DNA of 64,000 nucleotides, taken from positions 930,001 through 994,000 of the forward strand of contig CM075988.1 in the NCBI GenBank assembly GCA_038087875.1. Reading direction: 5' to 3'. Positions within the stretch are counted from its first letter, which is position 1; every line of letters starts with the position of its first letter. Of the stretch, positions 37,345 through 50,360 are shown in pieces. A model generated the notes under the pieces. The model searched no databases. It was not told the origin of the DNA and worked only from the letters and a program-made list of their open reading frames with translations. The translations under genes and the position numbers were made by a program. This DNA comes from Malacoraja senta (Eukaryota).

Positions 37345-39599
37345 CTGCAATTGCAGTTTGAGAAGGAGAACGTTCAATCGGAAGTGGCAGTGATGCAGTT
37401 GAACAAAGGGGACTATGAAGGCATGAGAGGGGAGCTGGCCAAAGTAGACTGGAAAGGGATCCTAGCAGGAATGACGGTGGAACAGCAATGGCAGGAATTT
37501 CTGGGCATAATCCGGGAGACGTAGGATCATTTCATTCCAAAAACGAAGAAAGATTCTAAGGGGAGTAGGAGGCAACCGTGGCTGACAAGAGAAGTTAGGA
37601 ATAGAATAAAACTAAAAGAGATGTATAACACAGCAAAGAGTAGCCGGAAGCCAGAGGATTGGGAAATTTTCATAGGACAACAGAAGTAATCAAAACGGGC
37701 AATACGGCTGAAAAGATGAAGTACGAGGGGAAGCTGGACAGGAATATAAAGAAGGACAGTAAAAGCTTCTTTAGATATGTTAAGGGAAAAAGAGTAGCAA
37801 AGTCAAATGTGGGTCCCTTGAAGGCAGACACGGGTGAAATTATTATGGGCAACAAGGAAATGGCAGAAGAATTGAATAGGTACTTCGGATCTGTCTTCAC
37901 TAAGGAAGACACAAACAATCTCCCAGATGTACTGGAGGACAGAGGATCTAAGAGGGTAGAGGAACTGAAAGAAATGTTCATTAGGCGAGAAATAGTATTG
38001 GGTAGGCTAATGGGACTGAAGGATGATAAATCCACTGGGACTGATGGTCTGCATCCCAGGGTCCTCAGGGAGGTGGCTCTAGAAATAGTGGAAGCATTGG
38101 TGATCATTTTCCAATGTTCAATAGATTCAGGATCAGTTCCTGTGGATTGGAGGATAGCTAATGTTATCCCACTTTTCAAGAAAGGAACGAGAGAGAAAAC
38201 GGGGAATTACAGACCAGTTAGCCTGACTACGGTGGTGGGAAAGATGCTGAAGTCAATTATTAAAGAGGTAATAATGGGGCATTTGCATAGCAGTAAAAGG
38301 ATTAGTCCAAGTCAACATGGATTTATGAAAGGGAAATCATGCTTGACTAATCTTCTGGAATTTTTTGAGGATGTGACAAGTAAAATGGATGAAGGGGTGC
38401 CAGTGGATGTGGTGTATCTAGACTTTCAGAAAGCTTTTGATGTGGTCCCGCACGGGAGACTGGTGACTAAAATTAGAGCACATGGTATTGGGGGTAGGGT
38501 GTTGACATGGATAGAAAATTGGTTGGCAGACCGGAAGCAAAGAGTAGGAGTGAATGGGTCCTTTCAGAATGGCAGGCAGTGGCGAGTGGAGTGCCGCAAG
38601 GTTCGGTGTTGGGGCTGCAACTGTTTACCATATATATTAATGATTTGGAAGAGGGAATTAGGAGCAACACTAGCAAGTTTGCGGATGACACAAAGCTGGG
38701 TGGCAGTGTGAGCTGTGAAGAGGATGTTAGGAGGTTGCAGGGTGACCTGGACAGGTTGAGTGAGTGGGCAGATGCATGGCAGATGCAGTATAATATAGAT
38801 AAATGTGAGGTTATCCACTTTGGCGGCAAAAACAAGGGGGCAGATTATTATCTCAATGGGGTTAGGTAAGGGGGAGGTACAGCGAGACCTGGGTGTCCTT
38901 GTACACCGGTCACTGAAAGTTGGCGTGCAGGTACAGCAGGCAGTGAAGAAAGCTAATGGAATGTTGGCCTTCATAACAAGAGGATTTCAGTATAGGAGTA
39001 AAGAGATTCTTCTGCAGTTGTATAGGGCTATGGTGAGACCACATCTGGAGTATTGTGTACAGTTTTGGTCTCCTAATTTGGGGAAGGACATCCTTGCGAT
39101 TGAGGCAGTGCAGCGTAGGTTCACGAGATTGATCCCTGGGATGGCGGGACTCTCATATGAGGAAAGATTGAAAAGACTAGGATTGTATTCACTGGAGTTT
39201 AGAAGGATGAGGGGGATCTTATAGAAACATTTAAAATTATAAAAGGACCGGACAAGCTAGATGCAGGAAAAATGTTCCCAATGTTGGGCGAGTCCAGAAC
39301 CAGGGGCCACAGTCTTAGAATAAAGGGGAGGTCATTTAAGACTGAGGTGAGAAAATACTTTTTCACCCAGAGAGTTGTGAATTTATGGGATTCCCTGCCA
39401 CAGAGGGCAATTGAGGCCAAATCACTGGATGGATTTAAGAGAGAGTTAGATAGAGCTCTCGGGGCCAGTGGAGTCAAGGGATATGGGGAGAAGGCAGGCA
39501 CGGCTTATTGATAGGGGACGATCAACCATGATCACAATGAATGGCGGTGCTGGCTCGAAGGGCCGAATGGCCTCCTCCTGCACCTATTTTCTATTCTAT
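37345..39599 (+). mobile_element. CR1 family A, 5'-truncated
   Basis: ORF2 pieces 37659-39511; TSD GAAAT. Confidence 0.93.
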
Positions 39600-39605
39600 G
39601 AAATA

Positions 39606-39638
39606 GGCGACGTTTCGGGTCGAGACCTTCTTCAGACT
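39606..39638 (-). ncRNA. Putative minimal hammerhead ribozyme in the Penelope terminal repeat
   Basis: Minus strand AGU-CUGAAGA-AGGUCUCGACCC-GAAA-C-GUC-GCC. Confidence 0.6.
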
Positions 39639-41204
39639 GATGTGGGGGTGGGGGAGTGGGAAGAAGATAGGAAGAGACGGGACAGTGGGCTGTGGGGAGA
39701 GCTGGGAAGGGGAGGGGAAAGAAGGAGAAAGCAGGGACTACCTGAAATTGGAGAAGTCAATGCTCATACCGCTGGGGTGTAAACTACCCAAGCAAAATAT
39801 GAGGTGCTGCTCCTCCAATTTGTGGACCTCACTCTGACCACGGAAGAGGCCCAGGACAGAAAGGTCGGATTCGGAATGAGAGGGGGAGTTGAAGTGGTGA
39901 GCCACTGAGAGATCAGGTTGGTTATTGCGAACCGAGCAGAGGTGTTGGGCGAAGCGATTGCCAAGCCTACGCTTGGTCTCACCAATGTAGAGCAGTTGAC
40001 ACCTAGAGCAGCGGATGTAATAGATGAGGTTGGAGGAGGTGCAGGTGAACCTCTGCTGCACTTGGAAATACTGCTTGGATCTGTGGATGGAGTCAAGGGG
40101 GAGGTAAAGCGACAAGTGTAGCATTTCCTACGGCTGCAAGGGAAAGTGTCAGGAGAGGGGGTGGTTTGGGTGGGAAGGGACGAATTGACCAGGGAGGTAC
40201 GGAGGGAGCGGTCTCTGCGTAGAGCCGAAAGGGGAGGAGATGGGAGGATGCGGCCAGTGGTGGGATCCCATTGGAAGTGGCGAAAATGTCGGAGGATTAT
40301 TTGTTGTATGTGACGGCTGGTAGGGTGGAAGGTGAGGACAAGGGGGACTCTGCCCTTGTTACGAGTGGGGGGGATGGGGAGTGAGAACAGAGTTACGGGG
40401 TATAGAAGAGACCTTGGTGAGAGCCTCATCTATAGTCGAAGAGGGGAACCCGCGTTCCCTAAAGAATGAGAACATCACCCTTTCCTGGTTGTCACTTATC
40501 TACTTCCTGCCTGAAGCGTAGCTGTGATCACCTTGCTCTAAGTGCTATCTATGACACTCTCACACCCTTGGATAATCCTGAGATCATCCTGCTGATTGAT
40601 GTTCCTTAAAACGGCCCTTGAAGAGCTGCAGCTGAACAGACACTGCAGGTGTAGTCTTCGGAGTATGAAAGGCATAGATAGAGTGGATGTGGAAAGGATG
40701 TTTCCACTGGTGGGAGAGTATAGGACCATAGGTCATCGCCTCAGAATTAGGCGCTCTTTTAGAAAGGAGGTGAGGAGGAATTTCTGTAATTAGAGGGTAG
40801 TTAATCTGTGGAACACATTGCCACACAGGATCTCTTCCTCAGCCAATCAACCGCCTGCTTCTTTAAATGTCACATCTTCTCAAAATCTATCGCTCCTGGT
40901 GATTTTTCAAAATTGATTTATCTCCTCCCAAAATGGCTCCTAACGCACTCTCTCCTTGAGTTTTGAAGTTGAAAGAAATTCTCACTTCAATACACTTCAG
41001 TGAGATCAGCCTTCAGCCATTGCTCCAAAGAAAAATGTCCCAGCCTATCCAGGCTCTCCTGTAATTCAAACCCGCAAGTCCGGGTAATATCTTGCTGCAC
41101 CCTTTCCAACTTAATTACTTCCTTCTCATAGCTGAGCAACCAGAACGGCACATTGTACTCCAAATTAGGTCTCACCAACTACACATACAGCTGTATCATG
41201 ATGT

Positions 41205-41518
41205 TTTGTTTAGTTTAGAAAAACAGCGCAGAAATAGGCCCTTCGACCCACCGAGCTCGTGGCGACCAGCGATCCCTGCACATTAACACTCCTACACGCA
41301 CATATGACAATTTTACACTTATACCAAGCCAATTAACCTACAAACCTGTACGTCTTTGGAGTGTGGGAGGAAACCAAAGATCTCGGAGAAAATCCACGTA
41401 GGTCAAGGGGAGAACGTACAAACTCTGTACAGACAGCAACCGTAGTCAGGATCAAACCCGGGTCTCCGGCCCGGCAAGTGGTGTAAGGCACCAACTCTAC
41501 TGCTGCGCCACCATGCCA
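41205..41518 (-). mobile_element. HE1-like SINE
   Basis: A/B boxes; similar to 33860-34165. Confidence 0.85.
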
Positions 41519-42418
41519 TCCTTTTTGTACTCTATATATACCCTTCCCAGTCTCAATGAAAGCAAGCGAGCCAAATGTCGTCTTCATCCTGTCCACATGA
41601 CCAGCCACCTTTGGGGAACTATGCACCTGTTCTCCTTGATCTTTGTTTTCAACACTCTTAGCATCTACAATTTACTGTTCCCTGGTTTGACATATCAAGG
41701 TGCAACACGTCACACTTTCAAAGTTACATTCATTTGGCCATTCCAAGGCCCATCTTCCCAACTGCTCTGGATCCTGTTGTTAACCTAGATATCTGTCCTC
41801 CCTGTTCACTAGATCACTAAGTTTGGTGCCATCTGCACATTTACTAATAATGTACTGACCATTGGAGGCCACTGGTCGCAGGGCTCCAATCAGAAAACAA
41901 CGCTCCACAACTACCCTTTTACTCCTTTCTCCAAGACAATTTTGAATCCGTTTGGCTAGATCACCTTGGATTCAACGTCATACGGGATCTGCCAACTTTT
42001 ACCTCATTCACCAAACATCTAAAAACATGGTTACTGGTAAATCAATACTGCACTCATAATCTGCCTTAAAATTATCCACCGCTATCTGGTCTGTCATAAG
42101 CAGCATTGTTTGTCTGTTGGTTTATTGACAAAGTTGTCAGTTGACAACAGTTTAATGGGAATATTGACCGGAACCTCAAGAGGACTCCTGTCTATTTGCT
42201 TAGGATGTTTTGCAGTATTGAAGATGCCGAGAAGTGTGTTCAGTTCTGGTTGAACAATATCTAATCTTGTGATGTGGACTCGATAAGAAGTATTGCACAA
42301 AGTGCCTGCCTGCCTTCTCTGATCAACATTTGGAGCTGGTGTGGAATCCACAAAACACATTCTGCTGAATCCGATCTTCAGATAAGTGCCAGTAAACCAA
42401 TACATTCCTATTTTTCAG

Positions 42419-42608
42419 CATTCACCCTCGGTATAAACAAGATGTGGCCTACAGATTGTACCTTGGTGCTTGTGCCATAGCTTACGGAGAGACAGGAGTC
42501 GTTTTCCAGGGTCCTTTTCCAAAACATCTCCAGCTAAAGAACAACGAATTGAGCATTGTCTACTCTCAGGAACTTGCTGTGCTGGAGCTCAGTGAAGACA
42601 TATTTGAG
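42419..42608 (+). CDS. SIAE: SIAE coding exon
   Basis: ttttcag|C...GAG|gtatg, 190 nt; SIHPRYKQDVAYRLYLGACAIAYGE...GPFP...DIFE. Confidence 0.95.
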
Positions 42609-42690
42609 GTATGGTGCAGTTGCGGTCCGCTCCTGATGGCGATCTGGCAATCACACCTGTTATATAATTTATAGAATCAGTTATATAATT

Positions 42691-43014
42691 AAATGGGGTG
42701 AACTCTAGATCACTAAATGAGGGAACTCTACCACACTAAATGGGGGAACTCTACCACACTAAATGTGGGAACTCTACCACACTAAATGTGGGAACTCTAG
42801 ATCACTAAATGGGGGAACTCTACCACACTAAATGTGGGAACTCTACCACACTAAATGTAGGAACTCTACCACACTAAATGTGGGAACTCTACCACACTAA
42901 ATGTGGGAACTCTAGATCACTAAATGGGGGAACTCTACCACACTAAATGGGGGAATTCTACCACACTAAATGAGGGGAACTCTAGATCACTAAACGAGGG
43001 GATCTCTAGCTCCT
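42691..43014. repeat. 23-bp minisatellite, 14 copies
   Basis: AAATG(T/G)GGGAACTCTA(CCA/GAT)CACT. Confidence 0.97.
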
Positions 43015-43521
43015 CAACCGTAATACATTTCAAATGGATGGAATGATTTCCACAGGCTGCCACTTCAATCTTCGGTCTGGAGATATACAGATTCCGGATT
43101 CTGATCCTCAAGATAGAAATATAGGATTGAGCATGGTCAAAATGGATTTATGAAATAAAATTGTTTAAACTCTTGGAATACTTTGAGTAGGTAACTGGCA
43201 GAGTAGCTAAGAGGGGACTAATGGGTGTATGTTGATTTCTGAAAAACTTTCAATAAACAGAAACACAAAATCAGGCAGGAATTGGGCATTTAACTCGTCA
43301 GACGTGTTACACTATTCACTATTCAGATTTAATAATTTGGCTTCATCCGTTTCTTGTGGTAGTGAATTCAGGTTCACCTCTTTGGGAGAAGAAATTTCAG
43401 TTGTTCACAGTCTTAGTTGGCTCATCTGCTCAGACGGTACCCGTGGTTGGAGTATTATTTGCAGTTCTAGTTGCCCCATGACGGGAGGGTTTAGTAAAGA
43501 TATTTAGCAGATTAGAGGATA

Positions 43522-44980
43522 TCTCTATACTTATAAAACTCTGATCTTGGAGGTGTATTTATTTGTGTGATGTTCATGTGCGATTCACATCTCCTCGAAA
43601 ACACGACGCTCTAACGGTGAAAATTTTACATATTCCGATAGAGATTTATGCCGTGATGTCAAAAATCGCCTTATCTGAACATTTCATGCCTTATTTCTTA
43701 AGTTATTTCTTGTTCAAACATTTCAAATAACTTGGAAAATAAACGAGATGGTCTCGCTGATGCTGTCACAATGGCTCTGCTCCTCGCGGCCTGGTGCCCT
43801 ATGTACCACGCGCAGCAAGTGACGTCAACCCCTCCCCCTCCCTCTCCCGCTCCCTCCCGCCCGACCCCCCGGTTCTTGAAAAGACGCAGAAAGAACGAGC
43901 AAGTGGGCTCTGTACTGCAGCTCCCAAGCACTCCCGAGGGCTTCCCAGGGCTCCTAGGGCTTCGGAGGGCTTCGGCTCGGGTTACCCGAGAACTCCCGAG
44001 CTTTCTGTCGGCTCCTCGGTCGCCTCTTCTCTCCCCACCCCCACCCTCCCGGCTCTCTCTCCCCGCCGGGCTCTCTCCCCCCCCCCCCCCCCGGCTCTCT
44101 TCCCCCCACCCCCCACTCCCCGTGCTCACTCTCTCCCCCCTTTCCGGGCTCTCTCTGCCCCCCTGACCTCTCCCTCCCCCACCCCCCAGCCTCTCTCTCT
44201 CCCCCTCCCCGGCTTCTCCCTCCACCCTCCCTCCCGCCCCCCTCCTGCCCCCCCTCTCTCCACCCCTCCTCTCTCTCCCCCCCTTCTCCCTCTCCTCCCT
44301 CCTCTCTCTCCCCCTCCTCTCTCTCCCCCTCCTTTCTCTCCCCCTCCTCTCTCTCCCCCTCCTCTCCCCCTCTCTCACCCCCTCCTCTCTCTCTCACCCC
44401 CTCCTCTCTCTCTCCCCCCTCCTCTCCCTCCCCCCTCCTCTCTCTCACCCCCTCCTCTCTCCCCCCCTCCTCTCTCTTCCCCCCTCCCCTCTTCACCCTC
44501 CCACCCGGGCTCTCTCCCCCCGGCCTTTCTCTCCCCCACCGGCTTCTCCCCCCTCCCTCCTGCCCCCCCTCTCTCCACCCCTCATCTCTCTCCACCCCTC
44601 CTCTCTCACCCCTTCTCTTTCACTCCCCCTCCTCTCTCTCCCCCCTCCTCTCTCTCCCCCCTCCTCTCTCTCCCCCCCCTCCTCTCTCTCCCCCCCTCCT
44701 CTCTCTCCCCCCTCCTCTCTCTCCCCCCTCCTCTCTCTCTCCCCCTCCTCTCTCTCCCCCCTCCTCTCTCTCCCCCCTCCTCTCTCCCCCTCCTCATTCT
44801 CCCCCTCCTCTCTCTCACCCCCTCCTCTCTCTCACCCCCTCCTCTCTCTCCCCCCTCCTCTCTCATCCCCCTCCCCTTTCCACCCTCCCCTCCTACCTCC
44901 CCCCTCCCCTCTCCCCTCTCCCCCTCCCCTGTTCCCCCTCCCCCTCCACTCTCCGCCTCTCCTCTACCCCCCCCCCTGCA
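43522..44980 (+). mobile_element. Possible non-autonomous Helitron 5' part running into a CT-rich tract
   Basis: Starts A|TCTCTATACTTATAAAA; no convincing hairpin-CTAG 3' end seen. Confidence 0.35.
44020..44980. repeat. CT-rich polypyrimidine low-complexity tract
   Basis: ~1 kb of CCCCCTCCTCTCTCT-like units. Confidence 0.95.
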
Positions 44981-46043
44981 TTCTCACTGCAGTCTCAATC
45001 ACCTGCTATACCTGCAGACACTGATGAGCCAGGACATCCAGGTCTTGCTGCACCCGTCCATTCTATCACCTATCAGATTTTCTGCTGTCTTGTTATTGCC
45101 ACTAACTTCATTTCCACTACACCCACCCACTCCTCAACTTGTTCAATAACTGCAGCTTCTCTGCATCCACCGCAAGGTTTATTCTCGTACCAACTTTGTA
45201 TCCTCCGCACACTGGAAATGTTACATTAAATTTCCTCGTTGAAACCATGAATGGAGAAATAAGGGTCAGGTCAGATGTTGTCGTAGATTGAGAATTGGTT
45301 AGTGACAGAGAGCAAAGAGGGGATGAGTTGTTCATTCCCAGTAGGCTGGCTGTGCTCAGCGGGTACTGTATGATGCGTGCAATTACCACAATTATTCACA
45401 AACTATAATCAGTGGATCCACTGAGGGGAGCCAGTGTCATGTTCCCAGGTTACTTATTCAACTAAACTAAGTGGGATTGCAATTACACAGGAGGATATAT
45501 TAAAGCATCAAGGGGATATGGACAAGCTGGGCAAGAAAATGGCAAATAGAATATAAAGTGGAAAATACAAAATTATCCACTTTAATGAACATAACAGAGA
45601 GCAGAATGTAGAAACAAAGTATTGTATAATAACACCAAAGATAGACACAAAGTACTGGAGTAACTCACCAGCATCTCAGGAGAAAAAGGATGTGACATTT
45701 CGGGTTGGGACCCTTCAGATTGAAAGTAGGGTGGGGGTTGAGGAGAAGAACTGCAAGCGAGGAGAAAACCAGGAACAATTAGGGCTGGCAACAAATGACC
45801 TCGGGCAGGGTGCAGCCTTGGTAGGCCCATTGTTGGCTAGGGATAGTGTGATCTTAAAAGAGATGAAATGTGTTGAACTGGTTAAACGACTGGGGTGGAG
45901 AAAGTGGGAAAGAGGGGAGTAGAAGTTACTTAAAATTAGAAAATTCAACGGTCATACCAGTGGTCATACCAATGGTTTGTAAGCTAGCCAAGCAAAATGG
46001 GGTGCTGTTCCTCAAATTTGAGTGTGGCCTCATTCTTATATAA

Positions 46044-48322
46044 CATATAACCATATAATCATAACAGCACGGAAACAGGCCATCTCGGCCCTTCAAGTCC
46101 GTGCCGAACACTTTTTTAAAATTTATTTTTTTATACTTCCCCCTAGTCCCATCTACCTGCACTCAGACCATAACCCTCCATTCCTTTCCCGTCCATATAC
46201 CCATCCAATCTATTTTTAAAGGATAAAATCGAACCTGCCTCCACCACTTCCACTGGAAGCTCATTCCACACAGCTATCACTCTCTGAGTAAAGAAGTTCC
46301 CCCTAATGTTACCCCTAAACTTCTGTCCCTTAATTCTCAAGTCATGTCCCCTTGTTTGAATCTTCCCTACTCTCAATAGGAAAAGCTTATCCACGTCCAC
46401 TCTGTCTAACCCGCTCATAATTTTAAAGACCTCTATCAAGTCCCCTCTTAACCTGCGCTCCAAAGAATAAAGACCTAACTTGTTCAACCTTTCTCTGTAA
46501 CTTAGTTGCTGAAACCCAGGCAACATTCCAGTAAATCTCCTCTGTACTCTCTCTATTTTGTTGACATCCTTCCTATAATTAGGCGACCAAAATTGTACTC
46601 CATACTCCAGAATTGGCCTCACCAATGCCTTGTACAATTTTAACATTACATCCCAACTTCTATATTCAATGCTCTGATTTATAAAGGCCAGCACACCAAA
46701 AGCTTTCTTTACCACCCTATCTACATGAGATTCCACCTTCAGGGAACTATGCACAGTTATTCCTAGATCCCTCTGTTCAACTGCATTCCTCAATTCACTA
46801 CCATTTACCATGTACATCCTATTTTGATTTGTCCTGCCGAGATGTAGCACCTCACATTTATCAGCATTAAACTCCATCTGCCATCTTTCAGCCCACTCTT
46901 CCAAATGGCCTAAATCTCTCTGTAGACTTTGAAAATCTACTTCATTATCCACAACACCAATTATCTTAGTATCATCTGCATACTTACAAATCCAATTTTC
47001 CACACCATCATCCAGATCATTGATCTACATGACAAACAACAGTGGACCCAACACAGACCCCTGAGGCACCCCACTAGTCACCGGCCTCCAACCTGACAAA
47101 CAGCCATCCACCATTACTCTCTGGCATCTCCCATTCAGCCACTGTTTAATCCATCTTGCTACTCCACCATTAATACCCAACAATTTAATCTTCTTAACCA
47201 ACCTTCCATGAGGAACCTTGTCAAGGGCCTTACTGAAGTCCATATAGACAACATCCACTGCTTTACCCTCATCAATTTCCCTAGTAACCTCTTCGAAAAA
47301 TTCAAGAAGATTAGTCAAACATGACCTTCCAGGCACAAATCCATGTTGACTGTTCCTAATCAGACCCTGCTTATCCAGATGCTTATATATATTATCTTTA
47401 AGTATCCTTTCCATTAATTTGCCCACCACTGACGTCAAACTAACAGGTCTATAATTGCTAGGTTTACTCTTAGAACCCTTTTTAAACAACGGAACAACAT
47501 GCGCAGTACGCCAATCCTCCGGCACTATTCCCGTTTCTAATGACATTTGAAATATTTCTGTCATAGCCCCTGCTATTTCTACACTAACTTTCCTCAATGT
47601 CCTAGGGAATATCCTGTCAGGACCTGGAGACTTATCCGTTTTCATATTTTTCAAAAGTGCCCGCACCTCCACTTCTTTGAATCTCATAGTTTCCTTTGCT
47701 ACTCTGCTTGTTTCCCTTACCTCACATAATTCCATATCCTTCTCCTTGGTGAATACCGAAGAAAAGAAATTGTTCAATATCTCCCCCATCTCTTTTGGCT
47801 CTGCAGATAGCTGTCCACTCCGAGTCTCTAATGGACCAATTTTATTCCTTGTTATCTTTTTGCTATTATTATAGCTGTAGTAACCCTTTGGATTTACTTT
47901 CACCTTACTTGCCAAAGCAACCTCATATCTTCTTTTAGCTTTTCTAATTTATTTCTTAATATTCTTTTTACATTCTTTATACTCCTCAAGCACCTCATTT
48001 ACTCCATGCTGCCTATAATTATTGTAGATCTCTCTCTTTTTCCGAACCAATTGTCCAATTTCCCTTGAAAACCATGGCTCTTTCCAATTTCTACTATTTC
48101 CTTTCAACCGAACAGGGACATAAAGATTCTGTACTCTTAAAATTTCACCCTTAAATGTCCTCCATTTCTCTTCTACATCCTTCCCATAAAACAACATGTC
48201 CCAATTCATTCCTTTTAAATCCTTTCGCATCTCCTCAAAGTTAGCCTTTCTCCAATCAAAAATCTCAACCGTAGGTCCAGTTCTAACCCTCTCCATAATT
48301 ATATTTAAACTAATGGTATTGT
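46044..48322 (-). mobile_element. CR1 family B, 5'-truncated, inserted in a Penelope fragment
   Basis: ORFs 46143-47003, 47025-47915 and 47949-48368; nearly identical to 59705-61986. Confidence 0.95.
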
Positions 48323-49039
48323 GATGGAAGAGGCCCAGTATGGGACAGGGAGTTGAAATAGATGGCAACCGGGAGAACCTGTAGGCTTCAGCGGACTAAG
48401 CGCAAGTGTTAAGCAAAAGGGCCACCGAGTCTATATTTGGTCTTGTCGATGTAGAGGAGCCTAGATCAGGAACACCATATTGTGTAGCTATTAAATGGTG
48501 AGAAACTAGGTTGCATGTATATCACTGGAACCCAAGTGTGTTCATATACAAGTTATGTTCAATTGCTGTCGGTGAATCGGAGATGAATGGTAAGTTGGCC
48601 CTCATACCGAGGACTTACTCAAGAGAGACTTGCTGGTTGGATAGAGCTTTTGTGTCACTGCAGTTTAGTATTGTGTGCAGCGTTGATTTGCCCAACCGAG
48701 AAAGGATGTACTTAACATGATGCAGCTAGGTTTCATACACAAGTTCCAGGATATGTTGCCTAAGTGGGGCAGGACTATTCTCCAGAGTTCAGAAGAATGA
48801 GAAGAGATCTTGACACGTTCACAATTATTCTAGGGCATTTGGTCTATTTGTACTCCAGATCCGTTGGGTTACTTTTGGTATCAATAGCTCAAAACAACCA
48901 GGATTGTTGAAATCAAGCAACTTCCTTCGACTTGTAACAGTTCTAACTCCACACACTAAAGACATATTCATGCATTCATGTGCGCTGGGTTAACTGTTAC
49001 TTGGAATTATGAGCGATCAGATGGAAATAGATGTGCATG

Positions 49040-50360
49040 AAAGAGCTGCAGATGCTGGTTTAAACCAAAGATAGACACAAAATGCTGGAGTAACTCAGCG
49101 GGAAAGGCAGCATCTCTGTAGAGAAGGAATGGGTGACGCTTCGGGTTAGTCAGGGGAAAGGGAAACAAGAGATATAGACTGTAATGTAGTGACATATAGA
49201 ACAAATGAAAGAATGATATGCAAAAAAGTAATGATGCAATAGGAAACAGGCCATTGTTAGCCGTTTTTGAGGTGAGAACGGGAACCTGGTGCGACCTGTG
49301 TGGGATAGGGATGGCGAGAGAGGGAATGCAGGGGTTACTTACGTTAGAGAAATCAATATTGAAAACCACTGGCTTGTAAGCTGCCGAAGTGAAATATGAG
49401 ATGCTGTTCCTCCAATTTGCGATTCGCCTCACTCTGACAATGGGGAGACCGAGGACAGAAAGGTCAATGTGGGAATGGGTAGGGGAATTAAAGCGATTGC
49501 AACCAGGAGATCGGTGAGGTCCAAGCCGACTGAGCGAAGGCATTCAGCGTAACGACCGCCCAGTCTGTGTTTGGTCTCGCCAATGCATAAGAGTCTACAC
49601 CTTGAACAACGGATACAGTTGATGAGTTTGGAGAAGGTGCAAGTGAACATCTGCCTAACCTGAAAGGATTGTCGGGGTCCCTGGACAGAGTCGAGGGAGG
49701 AGGTATAGGGACAGGTGTTGCATCTTCTGCGGTTGCAGGGAAAGGTACCTGGGGAGAGGGTGGTTTGGGTGGGAAGGGATGAGTTAACCAGGGAGTTGCG
49801 GAGGGAACAGTCTCTGCAGGAGGAGGAAAGGGGTGGAGATGGGAAGATGTGACTCGTGGTGGGATTCCATTGGAGGTGCGAAAATGTTGGAGGATTATGT
49901 GTTGTATGTGACGGCTGTGGGGGTGAAAGGTAAGGACAAGGGGGACCCTGTCTTGGTGGACGGGGAGCAAGGGCAGAGCTGGGGGGTACCGAGGAGACAC
50001 ATGTGCGGGCCTCATCTATGATAGACGAGGTGAATCTCCATTCCATAAAGACATTTGGATGTCCTGGTATGGAACACCTCATCTTGGGCGCAGATGTGGT
50101 GTAGACGGAGAAATTGGGAGTAAGGGATATAGTGTCTTTGTAGGAGGTAGGGTGGGAAGAAGTGTAGTTGGAATTTGTAATAGATGTCAGTATAGGTTTG
50201 TAATAGATGTCAGTTGATAGTCTCCCTCCTGTAATGGAGATGGCGAGATCAAGAAAGGGGAGGGAGTTGTCAGAGGTGATCCAAGTGAATTTGACTGCAG
50301 CATGGAAATTGGTGGTGAAGTTAATGAAGTCCATGAGTTCTACATGGGTGCAGGAGATAG
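49040..50360 (-). mobile_element. Penelope-like element (RT C-terminus plus GIY-YIG), degenerate
   Basis: LPFLDLAISI...STDIYYKP; FTCTFSKLINCIRCSRCRLLCIGETKHRL. Confidence 0.88.

Larger units (their letters stand above)
37287..40477 (-). mobile_element. Penelope-like element, 5'-truncated, interrupted by CR1
   Basis: GIY-YIG FTCTSSNLIYYIRCSRCQLLYIGETKRRLGNRFAQH; flanking duplication CTTTCCTGGT. Confidence 0.9.

Noticed and set aside
42691..43014. CRISPR-like array
   Set aside because: Contiguous tandem units with no unique spacers; vertebrate intron; no cas genes
43794..45149. 451-aa Pro/Leu/Ser-rich ORF, and similar ORFs at 20129-20753 and 24355-25003
   Set aside because: Stop-poor low-complexity repeats
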